DNA of 64,000 nucleotides from contig CANMWZ010000001.1 in NCBI GenBank assembly GCA_947501605.1, forward strand, positions 160,001 through 224,000, given 5' to 3'. The notes beneath the pieces are model-generated. The model was not told the DNA's origin. It made no database searches and was given only the letters and a program-made list of their open reading frames with translations. Positions 46,169-56,135 of this stretch are shown here, in pieces. Numbering within the stretch: the first letter of the stretch is position 1; each line of letters opens with the position of its first letter. Both the position numbers and the translations under genes were made by a program. The DNA is from Planctomycetota bacterium (GTDB lineage Bacteria; Planctomycetota; UBA1135; UBA2386).

Positions 46169-46978
46169 CTAGGAAAGAGGGTCACCGGGCACCGTGCAAG
46201 CAGCCGCTTTCACGAGTGGATCCGGATACAGAACGGAAAGCAGATACAGCCCGCACGCGGGCGCGGTCGGGCCCGCCTCGCGCCGATCCCGGCGCCGCAA
46301 GATCTCGCCAAACTGGTCGACGGATCGTCGGCCCGAACCGACGTCGATCAGGGTGCCGGCGATGGTGCGCACCATGTTGTAGAGAAAGCCATCGCCTTGC
46401 ACGGCGAGATCGAAACCCCAGCTCCGCTGCACGATCTGCACATGCCTCAGCGTGCGGACGGTACCGCGCTTCCGCTCGTAGCCAGGGTTGGTGGCGAACG
46501 AAGCAAAGTCGTGGCGGCCGATCAGCAAGCGACCAGCGCGCCGCATCGCCTGTAGATCGAGAGGGCGCCTGACCCAGTGGTAGTAACCGCGCCCCACGGC
46601 TGGCCGCACCTTGCTGGTCACGCAGCGATACACATAGCGCTTGCCGATCGCGCAGAAGCGGGCATGGAAACCCTCCGGTGCGGGGCGCACCGAGCGCACA
46701 GAGATGTCGTCCGGAAGGTTGCCGTTCAACGCCGGTACGAGCTTCGGCAACAGAAAGGGCTTTGGCAGGACAACGTGCGCCGCTTGTCCGAAGGCATGCA
46801 CACCAGCATCGGTGCGGCCAGAACCTTCGACGGGCACGCGAGTGCCGAAGATGGTTGTGAGAGCTCGCTCCAAGGCCTCCTGCACGGTGCTCTCGCCGAG
46901 TTGGCGTTGCCAACCCGCGTAGTGCGTCCCGTCGTAGGCGATCGTCAGCAGGCACGTGGACACGTAGGCAGACAACAT
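46169..46978 (-). CDS. truA: tRNA pseudouridine(38-40) synthase
   Basis: YDGT.Y.GWQ.Q, GSGRTDAGVHA, FHARF, G.HDF.SF, FLYNMVR, TAP..GL.L. Start at ATG 46978 or GTG 46963. Confidence 0.95.
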   Translation of the reverse strand: MLSAYVSTCLLTIAYDGTHYAGWQRQLGESTVQEALERALTTIFGTRVPVEGSGRTDAGVHAFGQAAHVVLPKPFLLPKLVPALNGNLPDDISVRSVRPAPEGFHARFCAIGKRYVYRCVTSKVRPAVGRGYYHWVRRPLDLQAMRRAGRLLIGRHDFASFATNPGYERKRGTVRTLRHVQIVQRSWGFDLAVQGDGFLYNMVRTIAGTLIDVGSGRRSVDQFGEILRRRDRREAGPTAPACGLYLLSVLYPDPLVKAAACTVPGDPLS

Positions 46979-47001
46979 AGCCCGCAGAGCAAGCGGAAAC
47001 C

Positions 47002-47544
47002 TCAGCGACGGAGGGCGCACCAGCTCATTGCTGCGAGGCCCAAACCAAACGCTGCAGCGAGACCGGCCATTACCGGGTTCTGCTGCCCGAGCCACAGCCA
47101 GCCGGCGAGACTCTCGACCACGAGCAGCACTACGAATGGTGCCGCGGCCGTGAGCGCCCCGCTTTGCTGCGGCGATCCAAGGCCGATCGTCTGGGCCTCT
47201 CGCGTCGAGGCGGCGACCACCACCGCCTTCTGGCGCGTCCCCCTGTCACTGGTCTTCCCCGCTGACGAAGCAGGCGTGGTCGAGGCCACCGCGTCTCCCT
47301 TCATCCCCGGCACTGTCGGTGGGGCCGGATCCACGAGCTCAGGTCCCATGGCCAGGGCGGTCACGAAGTTCGAAGTCGAGGTCTCGGAAAACTGCTCGGG
47401 CGCGGCCCAGTTGCCACTGCCACCGCTAGCCACCGAAGACGCCGCCTTCTCGTCAAACAGGAGGTCCTCGGCGGACTCCTTTGCCTTGTTGGCACCGCCA
47501 AGACTGACTTGGCCGTAGCTGAGTGGGTCGTAGCCCTTGTTCAT
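47002..47544 (-). CDS. Hypothetical membrane protein (disordered N-terminus, two C-terminal TM helices)
   Basis: ATG 47544 overlaps the rpoN stop (ATGA) and has a GAGGA RBS; hydrophobic C-terminal hairpin. Confidence 0.65.
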   Translation of the reverse strand: MNKGYDPLSYGQVSLGGANKAKESAEDLLFDEKAASSVASGGSGNWAAPEQFSETSTSNFVTALAMGPELVDPAPPTVPGMKGDAVASTTPASSAGKTSDRGTRQKAVVVAASTREAQTIGLGSPQQSGALTAAAPFVVLLVVESLAGWLWLGQQNPVMAGLAAAFGLGLAAMSWCALRR

Positions 47545-48917
47545 GTCGTCCTCTCTCCGTGCTGCCGACGCCGATAGCTCGACGGGATGTCCAACTCGTC
47601 GCGTAGCTTCGCTACGGTCCGACGGGCAACCTGAATACCCTCCTCGGCGAGCTTCTCGACCAGAGCATCGTCCGACCACGGCTTGGACTTGTCCTCGGCT
47701 TCGAGGAGCCCTTGCAAACGCTCGGCCACCGCACCGCGAGCGTGACCAGCTGCAGCGATACCATCAGCACTGCCGCTGCTGCAGAAATCGCGCAGCAACA
47801 TCGTGCCCATCGTGGTCGCCACATACTTGCCCGCAATCGCGCGGCTGATCGTCGACGGGTGCATGGCGAGTTCCGCAGCGATGTCCATCATCCGCAGCGG
47901 CCGCAACGCAACGCGCCCTCGCACGAGGAAGTCGCGCTGGTGCTCAAACACGACTTGCACGACGCGCAACAGAGTCGACTGACGGTGCGCAATCGCTTCC
48001 ATCAGCTCCTTGGCAGCTCGAACGCGTGAACGCAGGTGCTCGCGCACGGCGACGTCCACGGAACGGTCGCTCGCCATGCTCGCGTAGAGTTCATTGACCG
48101 CAAGCTGCGGCACACCATCCTCGGCAAGAGCCACCTGGATCGCACCGTCGAACAGCCATACGGCGACATCTGCCGCGATCGAAGGCTCGGCCTCCGAGCG
48201 CAGTGAGTCCGCAGGTGCCGGCGAAAGTTCGCGCATGCGCTCGATCAAGGCCGCAAGTTCAGCGACTTCGAGCCGCACAGCGCGAGCGACCTCGGGCCAC
48301 TTGTTTGCAGCGAGTGCTTCGAGGTGCCGGGTGAGCAACTGCTCGATGACGGCGTAGTCAGGGTCGCCCTTCGCTTGCAGCAGCATCGCTTCGATGCCAG
48401 TCGAAGCACCCAGCCCCTTTGGCTCCATGGACTGCAACTCGACGAGCGCTCGCTGTAGCAGCGACAACTGCAGGCACGCGGATTCCGCCACCACATCGAG
48501 TGGATACGCGAGCAGCCCGCGTTCATCGAGGTGCTCGCACAGCGTCCCGATCGCTTCCGTCATCTCCCCAGGAAGACCGCGCAGCGATGCCTGCAAACGG
48601 ACGGATGACAGTAGCTCGTCCGCGGGGGCGGGGTGGTTCTCGAGCAACGCGCGTCGACCATCGACCTCATCGCTGGAAGCGCGCACTCCGGCGGCATCCC
48701 ACTCGGCGGCCGTCCGCATCGTCGAGTCGACGATCTCGGCGCTGAGCGCCGCCGTCTCAGCCGCCGGCGCGAGCTCCAGAACCTCGTTGGTCTCCATCTG
48801 CTGGGCAACCAGCTGCAGGAGATCCGTCGTTGCGAGCTGCAAGATCTCGATCGACTGCAGCATCTGCGGCAGCAATCGTTGTTCGAGTCGCTGAGAAGTC
48901 TTGGCTTGCAGTTGCAT
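47541..48917 (-). CDS. rpoN: RNA polymerase sigma-54 factor
   Basis: Q-rich region I (PQMLQSIEILQL), LDERG.L, EP.G.GA, H.STISRA..GKY, SD..L, RpoN box VARRTVAKLR. Confidence 0.95.
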   Translation of the reverse strand: MQLQAKTSQRLEQRLLPQMLQSIEILQLATTDLLQLVAQQMETNEVLELAPAAETAALSAEIVDSTMRTAAEWDAAGVRASSDEVDGRRALLENHPAPADELLSSVRLQASLRGLPGEMTEAIGTLCEHLDERGLLAYPLDVVAESACLQLSLLQRALVELQSMEPKGLGASTGIEAMLLQAKGDPDYAVIEQLLTRHLEALAANKWPEVARAVRLEVAELAALIERMRELSPAPADSLRSEAEPSIAADVAVWLFDGAIQVALAEDGVPQLAVNELYASMASDRSVDVAVREHLRSRVRAAKELMEAIAHRQSTLLRVVQVVFEHQRDFLVRGRVALRPLRMMDIAAELAMHPSTISRAIAGKYVATTMGTMLLRDFCSSGSADGIAAAGHARGAVAERLQGLLEAEDKSKPWSDDALVEKLAEEGIQVARRTVAKLRDELDIPSSYRRRQHGERTT

Positions 48918-49024
48918 CGTACGAAGCGCGTTCGCGGACGGTTTCGTCACGAACCAGGGTGCGCTTGAGACGCACAGGCTCAGCGTTGGGCATGCCCCGT
49001 CCCGGGAAACTCCGCGCCCGAAAC

Positions 49025-51511
49025 TCAGCTTCGCCGACGCGGGCGCGGGCGGGACTCGGCCGCCGCTGCGAGCGGGTTCTCGGGCCAGCTGTGCCGGGGA
49101 TACCGCCGAGCCAGTTCACGGCGCACGTCCGGATAGACGTTCTGCCAGAAGCTGGCAAGGTCAGTCGTCACTTGCACCGGCTGGTGGTTTGGCGCGAGCA
49201 ACTCGAGGACCAACCGAACCCGCCCGCCAGCGAGAGCCGACACCGAAGGCAAGCCGAAGAACTCCTGGAGCCGGGCACGGACTGTCGGTCCTGCCGGTGC
49301 CCCGTAGTCGATCATGGCATGGCGCGCAGAGGGCAGTTCGACGCGCTCTGGTGCATGTTGACGCAGTGCGTGCAACTGCGAACCCGTTAGACGCGAGGAC
49401 AACTGCGGCGTGAGGTCCGCATCGCGAAGCGAGCGCAGTTCGGTTCGCGTACCCAACGACTCGATTGCCGCACCGACGATCTGATCGTGGTCGAACGTGG
49501 GCAATCCGAGCTCGGGCATTCGTTCGCGAAGGAACGCAACTCGAGCCAGGAAGGCCTGAGTCGCCATGGACTCACCAAGCCATCGTTGCGGGTCACGACG
49601 GAGCACCGGCAACAGCAATGCGTGGGCACGTTCTGGCTGAAGCTCCCCCCCGCGAGCGCTCGACAACCGCAGGTCGCGGTAGCAGCGCGCCCGCACGGCG
49701 ACGACGCGTCCCTGTTCCGAGTCGAGTTCGGCGTCCATCAGACTCTCGACCAGATTGGCCCGTTCGAGCACTGCGAGGTCGAATGGCGCGACCACCGTCG
49801 CCTGCGACCGCTGCTGCCGGCCGGTCTCGTGCAACCGGAGCGCGATGGCAAGGTCGTGCCCATCGACGGCTGCCGGCAGCATCACGCCGCGGCCGCCGAC
49901 CATAGTCCCTTCTCGCCCGTCCTTCCCAGACCTTGCCACCACGCGATCCGGAAAGCCCGCGAGCAGACAGGATGCCAAGTCCTCGCCGTCGTCGCCGCGG
50001 ACGTCCTGGCCGCGTGGAAGGAGCCGCTCGACAGTGCGCGCAATCTGCCTCGCCTGCTGCGGCGTTGTGCCCGCTTCGCGGCAGAGGTGCGGTGGGTAGC
50101 CGCGCTCGACCGCCTGCACGAACGCGGTCGTCGCCACGAGCAGATCAAGGCCCGCGGTTCCGCCGAGTTGATCGACCTCGCTCAGCAGCGCCGCGGCCAC
50201 CGCTGCCGACAGAGCGCAACCTCGAAGGCGACCCGCGAGTACGACCGCGCCGAGACGTGGATGCAACGGCATCGTGAGCAACTCCTGCCCGCGCGCCGTC
50301 ACCTGACCGCGGGCGTCGACGGCGCCGAGTTCGGCAAGGAGCGCATCGGCCGATTGCATCGCCGACTCGGGCGGCACTTCGAACCAGCCAAATCCGCGCG
50401 GATCGCGACCTGCGAAGGCGCGGACCGACAGCAACGCAGCGCATAGGTCGACACGCTGCACATCCGGCGTCGTTCGTGCACTCATGCCGCGCTCCTCACC
50501 CGCCGTCCACAACCGGTAGCAGATGCCCGGGCCGGTGCGTCCTGCGCGCCCCGCCCGCTGGGTCGCCGAGGCCAAGCTGATGCGCGACAGCTCGAGTACG
50601 TCGACACCACGCCCCCGGTCAAAGCGCAGTTCGCGGCAGAGTCCGGTATCCACTACTGCAGTCACGCCTGGGATCGTCAAGGAGCTCTCGGCGACGTTCG
50701 TCGAGAGAACGATCTTGCGTTGATTCTGCGATCGAATCGCGCGGTCCTGGTCTTGCGACGAGAGCCGGCCGTGAAGCGGCAGTACGAGCACCGACAGTCG
50801 CCGTGCGAGATTCAGGAGAGCATGTTCGCAGCGGTCGATCTCGCCAGCACCAGGCAAGAACACGAGCACATCGCCCGCGGTCTCCGCCAGTGCCCGTTCG
50901 ACCGCAGTTCGTACGCGCTGTTCGAGAGCCGAGTCATCGCGCCGCAGCTCATGTTCGACATGGACCGGATACAGGCGCCCGTCGCTCTCGATCTCGGCAG
51001 CCCCAGGCAAGAACGCGCGCAAGGGCCCCGGATCGAGCGTCGCCGACATCACACACAACCGGAGATCGGGGCGCACGGTCTCGCGCACTTCGCGCAGCAT
51101 CGCGAGCGCGAGGTCTCCTTCGAGGTGACGCTCGTGGAACTCATCGAGCACGACGGCGGCCGTGCCCTCGAGGAACGGATCCTGAACCAAGCGGCGCACC
51201 AGCACGCCCTCGGTCAGGAAGCACAATCTGGTGTCGCGCCCCACCCGCCGCTCACCGCGAACCTGATAGCCGACGAAACCGCCGATCTCGCTGCCGAGTT
51301 CTTGCGCCACGCGCGTCGCGGCCGCGCGGGCAGCGAGCCGTCGAGGTTCGAGCACAAGGACCTCGCCGCCGAGACTTGCCTGCGCCAGCGCCGACGGCAC
51401 GCGTGTCGTCTTGCCAGAGCCAGGCGGGGCCGCCAGCAGCAGCAGACCGCGATCTCGCATCGCCGCCACCACTGCAGGCAACAGTGGATCGATCGGCAGC
51501 GGGTCGATCAT
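49025..51511 (-). CDS. hrpB: ATP-dependent RNA helicase HrpB
   Basis: APPGSGKTT, EPRRLAA, DEFHER, MSAT, TNVAESSLTI, QRAGRAGR, FW...Y......RYPRH.WP; start at ATG 51511. Confidence 0.95.
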   Translation of the reverse strand: MIDPLPIDPLLPAVVAAMRDRGLLLLAAPPGSGKTTRVPSALAQASLGGEVLVLEPRRLAARAAATRVAQELGSEIGGFVGYQVRGERRVGRDTRLCFLTEGVLVRRLVQDPFLEGTAAVVLDEFHERHLEGDLALAMLREVRETVRPDLRLCVMSATLDPGPLRAFLPGAAEIESDGRLYPVHVEHELRRDDSALEQRVRTAVERALAETAGDVLVFLPGAGEIDRCEHALLNLARRLSVLVLPLHGRLSSQDQDRAIRSQNQRKIVLSTNVAESSLTIPGVTAVVDTGLCRELRFDRGRGVDVLELSRISLASATQRAGRAGRTGPGICYRLWTAGEERGMSARTTPDVQRVDLCAALLSVRAFAGRDPRGFGWFEVPPESAMQSADALLAELGAVDARGQVTARGQELLTMPLHPRLGAVVLAGRLRGCALSAAVAAALLSEVDQLGGTAGLDLLVATTAFVQAVERGYPPHLCREAGTTPQQARQIARTVERLLPRGQDVRGDDGEDLASCLLAGFPDRVVARSGKDGREGTMVGGRGVMLPAAVDGHDLAIALRLHETGRQQRSQATVVAPFDLAVLERANLVESLMDAELDSEQGRVVAVRARCYRDLRLSSARGGELQPERAHALLLPVLRRDPQRWLGESMATQAFLARVAFLRERMPELGLPTFDHDQIVGAAIESLGTRTELRSLRDADLTPQLSSRLTGSQLHALRQHAPERVELPSARHAMIDYGAPAGPTVRARLQEFFGLPSVSALAGGRVRLVLELLAPNHQPVQVTTDLASFWQNVYPDVRRELARRYPRHSWPENPLAAAAESRPRPRRRS

Positions 51512-51518
51512 CGAGCAA

Positions 51519-52127
51519 TCACGCCGGTGGCACGAGCGGCCGACGGCCGTCGAGCGCATCCGCGAGGATCGAACGGCTCAACTGCGAAATCGAAGCGCCT
51601 GCCGGCATGCCGCGCGCGAGTCGCGTCACGTTGCCACATACGGGGCGCAGTTGTTCGGCGATCAAGTGTGCGGTGCCTTCGCCCTCGAGATCGGGGTTAT
51701 TGGCGAGACACACCTCCCGCGGCGATTCCCGCTGCACCCGCAGCACCAACGCAGCTGTCGTGAGATCGTCCGGCCCGATCCCTTCGACTTGACTCACACG
51801 TCCCTGCAGCACGTGGTAGAGACCTCGATAGCCCGCGTCTTCAAACCGTGCGACCTCGCGCGGATCTTCGAGCACGAGGATGGTGCCTCGGTCGCGCGTA
51901 GGATCACTGCAGATGGAGCAGGGGTCCTGAGCGTCGAGTTGGAAACATGACGAGCAGACTCGGACCGCGTCTCGCACAGTCGTGATCGCCGCCGCCAACT
52001 GCATCGCCTCATCGCGCGGAATGCGCAGCAGGTGGTAGGCAAAGCGCTCCGCGGTCTTCGGGCCGACGCCGGGCAACCGGCCGAGCAGTTCCATCAACCG
52101 CTCGATCGTTGGGTGGCGCTGGACCAT
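51519..52127 (-). CDS. recR: Recombination mediator RecR
   Basis: LPGVGPKTAER, C4 Zn finger CSSC...CSIC, YHVL.G, EGEGTA, VTRLARG. Confidence 0.96.
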   Translation of the reverse strand: MVQRHPTIERLMELLGRLPGVGPKTAERFAYHLLRIPRDEAMQLAAAITTVRDAVRVCSSCFQLDAQDPCSICSDPTRDRGTILVLEDPREVARFEDAGYRGLYHVLQGRVSQVEGIGPDDLTTAALVLRVQRESPREVCLANNPDLEGEGTAHLIAEQLRPVCGNVTRLARGMPAGASISQLSRSILADALDGRRPLVPPA

Positions 52128-52149
52128 GATCGCTCGACTTCGAGCTGGG

Positions 52150-52476
52150 CTAGAAGCCCATTCCCGGCAGGTTCATCCCGCCGGTGACCTTGCCCATCTC
52201 GCGATCGCGCAGTTCCTTGGCGGCAGCAAAGGCTTGCCGAACGGCGGCCGTCACGAGGTCCTCGAGGCCATCAACATCCTCGGAGTCGACAGCGCCCTTC
52301 TGGATCTTGACGGCCTGGATCTCCATGTTGCCGTTGACGTAGACCTTCACCGCGCCGCCCCCCGAGGTGCCTTCGACGATGCGCTCGCTGAGGGACTTCG
52401 TTGCGTCCTGCATGCGTCGCTGCATTTCTTGGGCCTGCTTGAGCAGGCTCTGCATGTCACCGAATCCGGAACTCAT
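52150..52476 (-). CDS. ybaB: YbaB/EbfC nucleoid-associated protein
   Basis: LLKQAQ.MQ, GGG.VKV, D...LEDLV.AA; between dnaX and recR. Confidence 0.93.
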   Translation of the reverse strand: MSSGFGDMQSLLKQAQEMQRRMQDATKSLSERIVEGTSGGGAVKVYVNGNMEIQAVKIQKGAVDSEDVDGLEDLVTAAVRQAFAAAKELRDREMGKVTGGMNLPGMGF

Positions 52477-52539
52477 GGGCCCGATCATGCCGCGCGCAGC
52501 AACGATGCGCCACCAGTGGGGCAAACGGCTGACGCGAGT

Positions 52540-54240
52540 TCAGGCGTCCGGATCGACGTCCGGCGGCGCGGGCGGCGGCGGTAGTGCTGGAGGACGATCG
52601 CGGGGATCGATCTCCACGACGAGACCACTGAACTTGTCCATCACGCGACGCGCGGCGGGACCTGGGGGCGGGGCCGAAATCGGACTCGGATGACTTGGAG
52701 CCTTGTCGACGATCTCCACCGCGAGGGTGACAGTGCGTCCGAGTCCACGCGACAGCCAAGCGACGATCTTCTGCTGCACCTGCGGCGATTGCACCCGATC
52801 GCGATGCAGCTTGCGCTCACTGTCGAGCGCCAGCACGACCTTGCCGGCGGCATCGGGCCCGCGAAAGGCGCAGAGTTCTAGCGTGCTCTGCAACATCGGC
52901 TCCTCGCGCGCAGCAGCCAGCACGATCGTGCGCAGATCGCCGGCCGCCGCGGCGGCAGCAATCGTCGGCGGCGGCGGCACGGCTCGTGAGCTCCCAGCCG
53001 CGACACCGACGGTGCGCGGTGTCGCGGCGGAATTGCCGCTTCCTTGGCCGGCGAGACCGCCGTCGCGCACCGCGGCAATCAACTCACCCAGACTCGGCAA
53101 CGTCCCCGCCTCGGCCATCCGGACGATCGTCAGTTCAAGAATCGCCGCACGGTCTTCGAGCCGGCGCAACCGGTCGCGACCGAGCACCGCGGCCTGAATC
53201 ATGGCTTCGACCTGTTGCCGACCCGAGGACCTTGCCAGCTGCTGCAGACGGTCACGAACGACACCGATGTAGCTGACCAAGCCAGTGTCATCGCCGTCGA
53301 CCTGCATCAGCAGCACGCCACGCAGCGAATCGACGAGTTCGCCCAGGGCCTCCCGCTCGTCACCGCCAGACTGCTGCAACTCCGCGCAAAACCGCAGACC
53401 GGCTGCGGCATCGCCCGACAGCAGCGCAGCGCAAACCTCGATCACACGGTCGGTGCCGAGGCGCTGCGTCAGTTCGCGATAGGCCGCGAGGTCGAACGGT
53501 CCCTTGTGGTCGCGGGCCAGTTGCAGCACACGCTCGAGCGCCGTCTCGGCGTCCCGCATGCCGCCCTTGCTCGTGGCCGCGATCTCGACGAGCACATCGT
53601 CGCCCACGGCGACGCCTTCGGTGTTCGCAATCATTCGCAGCCGCGACTGGATGTCGGCGTCGCCGATGCGCCGAAAATGGAGGACCTGACAGCGCGAACG
53701 AATCGTGTCCGGCACCTTGTGCAGCTCGGTCGTCGCGAGCACGAACACGACCCGGGGCGGCGGTTCCTCCAGCGTCTTCAGCAGGGCGTTCCATGCCCCC
53801 GTCGACAGCATGTGCGCCTCGTCCAGGATGTAGACCTTGTACCGGGAGCGCATGGCGGCGAACGCGACGCGGTCGCGCAGTGCGCGAACGCTTTCGACGC
53901 CATTGTTCGACGCCGCATCGACCTCGATCACATCCGGATTGCTACCATCGAGGATCGACTTGCATAGCGAGCACTCGCCACACGGCTCGGGGGTAGGCCC
54001 CTGCTCGCAGTTCAGGCAGCGGGCAAGGATGCGCGCAGTCGTGGTCTTGCCGACCCCGCGGCTGCCGGCGAATAGGAACGCGTGCGGCACGCGACCGCCG
54101 GTCAGTGCGGCTTTCAGAGTGGACTGGATCGCCTCCTGGCCCACGACCTCCGTGAAGGCCTTCGGACGGAAACGGCGGGCGACTACTTGGTAGGGTGCTT
54201 GCGGAGCCCGACCTGGGGCCTCGTTGCCATGCTCGACCAT
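52540..54240 (-). CDS. dnaX: DNA polymerase III subunit gamma/tau
   Basis: ARRFRP..F.EVVGQ, GSRGVGKTT, PCG.C..C, EVDAAS, ILDEAHML, ALLKTLEEPP, SRC. Confidence 0.97.
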   Translation of the reverse strand: MVEHGNEAPGRAPQAPYQVVARRFRPKAFTEVVGQEAIQSTLKAALTGGRVPHAFLFAGSRGVGKTTTARILARCLNCEQGPTPEPCGECSLCKSILDGSNPDVIEVDAASNNGVESVRALRDRVAFAAMRSRYKVYILDEAHMLSTGAWNALLKTLEEPPPRVVFVLATTELHKVPDTIRSRCQVLHFRRIGDADIQSRLRMIANTEGVAVGDDVLVEIAATSKGGMRDAETALERVLQLARDHKGPFDLAAYRELTQRLGTDRVIEVCAALLSGDAAAGLRFCAELQQSGGDEREALGELVDSLRGVLLMQVDGDDTGLVSYIGVVRDRLQQLARSSGRQQVEAMIQAAVLGRDRLRRLEDRAAILELTIVRMAEAGTLPSLGELIAAVRDGGLAGQGSGNSAATPRTVGVAAGSSRAVPPPPTIAAAAAAGDLRTIVLAAAREEPMLQSTLELCAFRGPDAAGKVVLALDSERKLHRDRVQSPQVQQKIVAWLSRGLGRTVTLAVEIVDKAPSHPSPISAPPPGPAARRVMDKFSGLVVEIDPRDRPPALPPPPAPPDVDPDA

Positions 54241-54393
54241 GCCGACAGCATGGGTCGGCGGGCCGTCCGACGGAAGTCCGCGGCAGCGGTCTCGACGACA
54301 AAGCTGTCAGCGCCGTTGCAGCCAGGCCATGGTGTCCTGTATGACCTCCCGCCCATCCCCGCCCAGGCGCAACAGCGAGCAAGCGGAAGGCAT

Positions 54394-54485
<92 letters not shown>

Positions 54486-54493
54486 GTTGTAGA

Positions 54494-54564
54494 AAGGCCA
54501 CGGCGACGTGGCACGTAGCAAGGCCACGCTGACGTGGCACGTAGCAAGGCCACGCTGACGTGGC
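54494..54564. repeat. 26-bp tandem repeat (about 2.7 copies), each with an internal palindrome
   Basis: Unit aaggccacgctgacgtggcacgtagc, containing GCCACG-N4-CGTGGC. Confidence 0.9.
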
Positions 54565-54571
54565 GCCTGTT

Positions 54572-54718
54572 CGCCTTCGGCGCGTGCAGGTGGTGTCTGC
54601 CGGGTCCCGAGCAAGGGAGCGGCGTGAACCTGGTCAGGCCCGGAAGGGAGCAGCCATAAGCGTGCGGCTTCTTGTGCCCGGGGTGCCTGTCGGACTCCAC
54701 CTGTGCGCGCCGAGGGCG
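54572..54718 (+). ncRNA. ffs: Signal recognition particle RNA (small bacterial 4.5S type)
   Basis: Conserved domain IV core GTCAGGCCCGGAAGGGAGCAGC (54633-54654) at the apex of a long hairpin whose ends pair; near dnaX and tadA as usual. Ends approximate. Confidence 0.92.
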
Positions 54719-54742
54719 CGCGGCCCATCGCCACGCGCGGGC

Positions 54743-55702
54743 TCAGCCGCCGTCGCGGGCACCGCCAGCGCCACCGCCAGCGGGATCTGCACCGCCGCCA
54801 CCGCCCGGTGCACCACCCGCACCGCGATTGCCGCGGGCTCGCTGCGCCCCACCGCGACCGCCGAGTCGCACCGCCGCCGCGGGGCGGGGCTGCAACTTCG
54901 CGGCCTCGAGCAGCTCGCGCTCCTCGGCGAACTGCTTCTTTTCTGCCGCCGCGAGGGCTTTGCGTTCGCGCGCGATTTCGGCTCGCTTCTCCTTGTCGCT
55001 GGCCTCGACTTTGTCCTCGTCGGCGTCGAGCGCAGCGGTCTGCTGTTCGAGCTTCTCGAGTTCGTGGACGACTTCGCCGTACTGCTTCACGAACTGCGGA
55101 AGACCAGGTTTCTGGTCCTTACCCACGGCCTTCGCGAGCATCTGCTCCAGGCTTCGCGCATTCGCCTTGTAGCCCGTGAGCGAGAGTTCTCCGACCTGCT
55201 TCTTGGTGGCGTCGAAGGCCACGAACAACGGCGCGTCCTTGCCGTAGCGCTCCTTCAAGCCTTTGCTGCTGGCAGCCGAGAGGTCGATGCGTGCGCACAC
55301 AAAGAAGCGCGTCGCGATTCCGACCTCATCCTGGAACAGCGTCCGTTCAAAAAGCTCGTGCTTGTCCGCGTCGGCCTGCGGGTCGTAGAGGTAAACCAGC
55401 GCGCGATTGCCGTCGGCCTTGGCTTGGTCGACAAACGGCAACGTCGACAGCATGTCCGGCTCCTTGGCCTCTGGGTCGGCGGGCTTCAGTTCCCCGTCGA
55501 TCCGCACATCGACGAACCAAGCACCGACGCGGTCATAGGTCGCCTCCGATCGGCGAGCGCCTGGTCGGCCCGAGGTGCTGGCACCGGCCGCGGCACCTCG
55601 ACCACCACCGCCGCCAGCACCACCACCTCCTTGGGCTAGCAGCGAAGCTGTCGTGGTCGCAACGAGCACAAGGGCAAGAGCGAAGGCGGGAGGACGGATC
55701 AC
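54743..55702 (-). CDS. Secreted hypothetical protein (possible thioredoxin-like fold without CxxC, coiled coil, Gly-rich ends)
   Basis: Signal peptide ending SLLA-Q; LVYLY...FFVCARID...PLFVAFD; E/K/A-rich helix; Gly-rich N- and C-termini. Confidence 0.6.
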   Translation of the reverse strand: MIRPPAFALALVLVATTTASLLAQGGGGAGGGGGRGAAAGASTSGRPGARRSEATYDRVGAWFVDVRIDGELKPADPEAKEPDMLSTLPFVDQAKADGNRALVYLYDPQADADKHELFERTLFQDEVGIATRFFVCARIDLSAASSKGLKERYGKDAPLFVAFDATKKQVGELSLTGYKANARSLEQMLAKAVGKDQKPGLPQFVKQYGEVVHELEKLEQQTAALDADEDKVEASDKEKRAEIARERKALAAAEKKQFAEERELLEAAKLQPRPAAAVRLGGRGGAQRARGNRGAGGAPGGGGGADPAGGGAGGARDGG

Positions 55703-55816
55703 GAATCACCTCGTGGGCAGAAGGGTGCTGGAGACCGACTATGGGCTCGGCCCGGTGAGCCAAGCTGGCAGGAACCAGTGTCTACGGCCGGCGGCAAGGC
55801 GCGCCCACCTTTCCGT

Positions 55817-55840
55817 ACCAGCTTCGTGACCAGCTTCGTG
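55817..55840. repeat. 12-bp tandem duplication
   Basis: accagcttcgtg x2 in the spacer downstream of tRNA-Ser(CGA). Confidence 0.75.
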
Positions 55841-55904
55841 CCGCGACCCACGCGCCGCAGTGCAGCGGCCCCGGCGGCAGCACGGTCGTGCGCGGCGGGG
55901 AAAG

Positions 55905-55994
<90 letters not shown>

Positions 55995-56135
55995 GCGAGG
56001 TCGTTTCGGGCTCGCTGGGAACCCGCCGGCCGATAGGGAGGGCGGATCGTGCCGAGCGGCCGTCGACATTGCAACGGAGAACACGCCCTGATCCGTCGCC
56101 TTCTCTCGGCGTGCGCACCACCCCACACCGTTGCT

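Noticed and set aside
54494..54564. Possible mini-CRISPR array
   Set aside because: The linkers are identical 10-nt sequences rather than unique spacers, and no cas genes are in the window.
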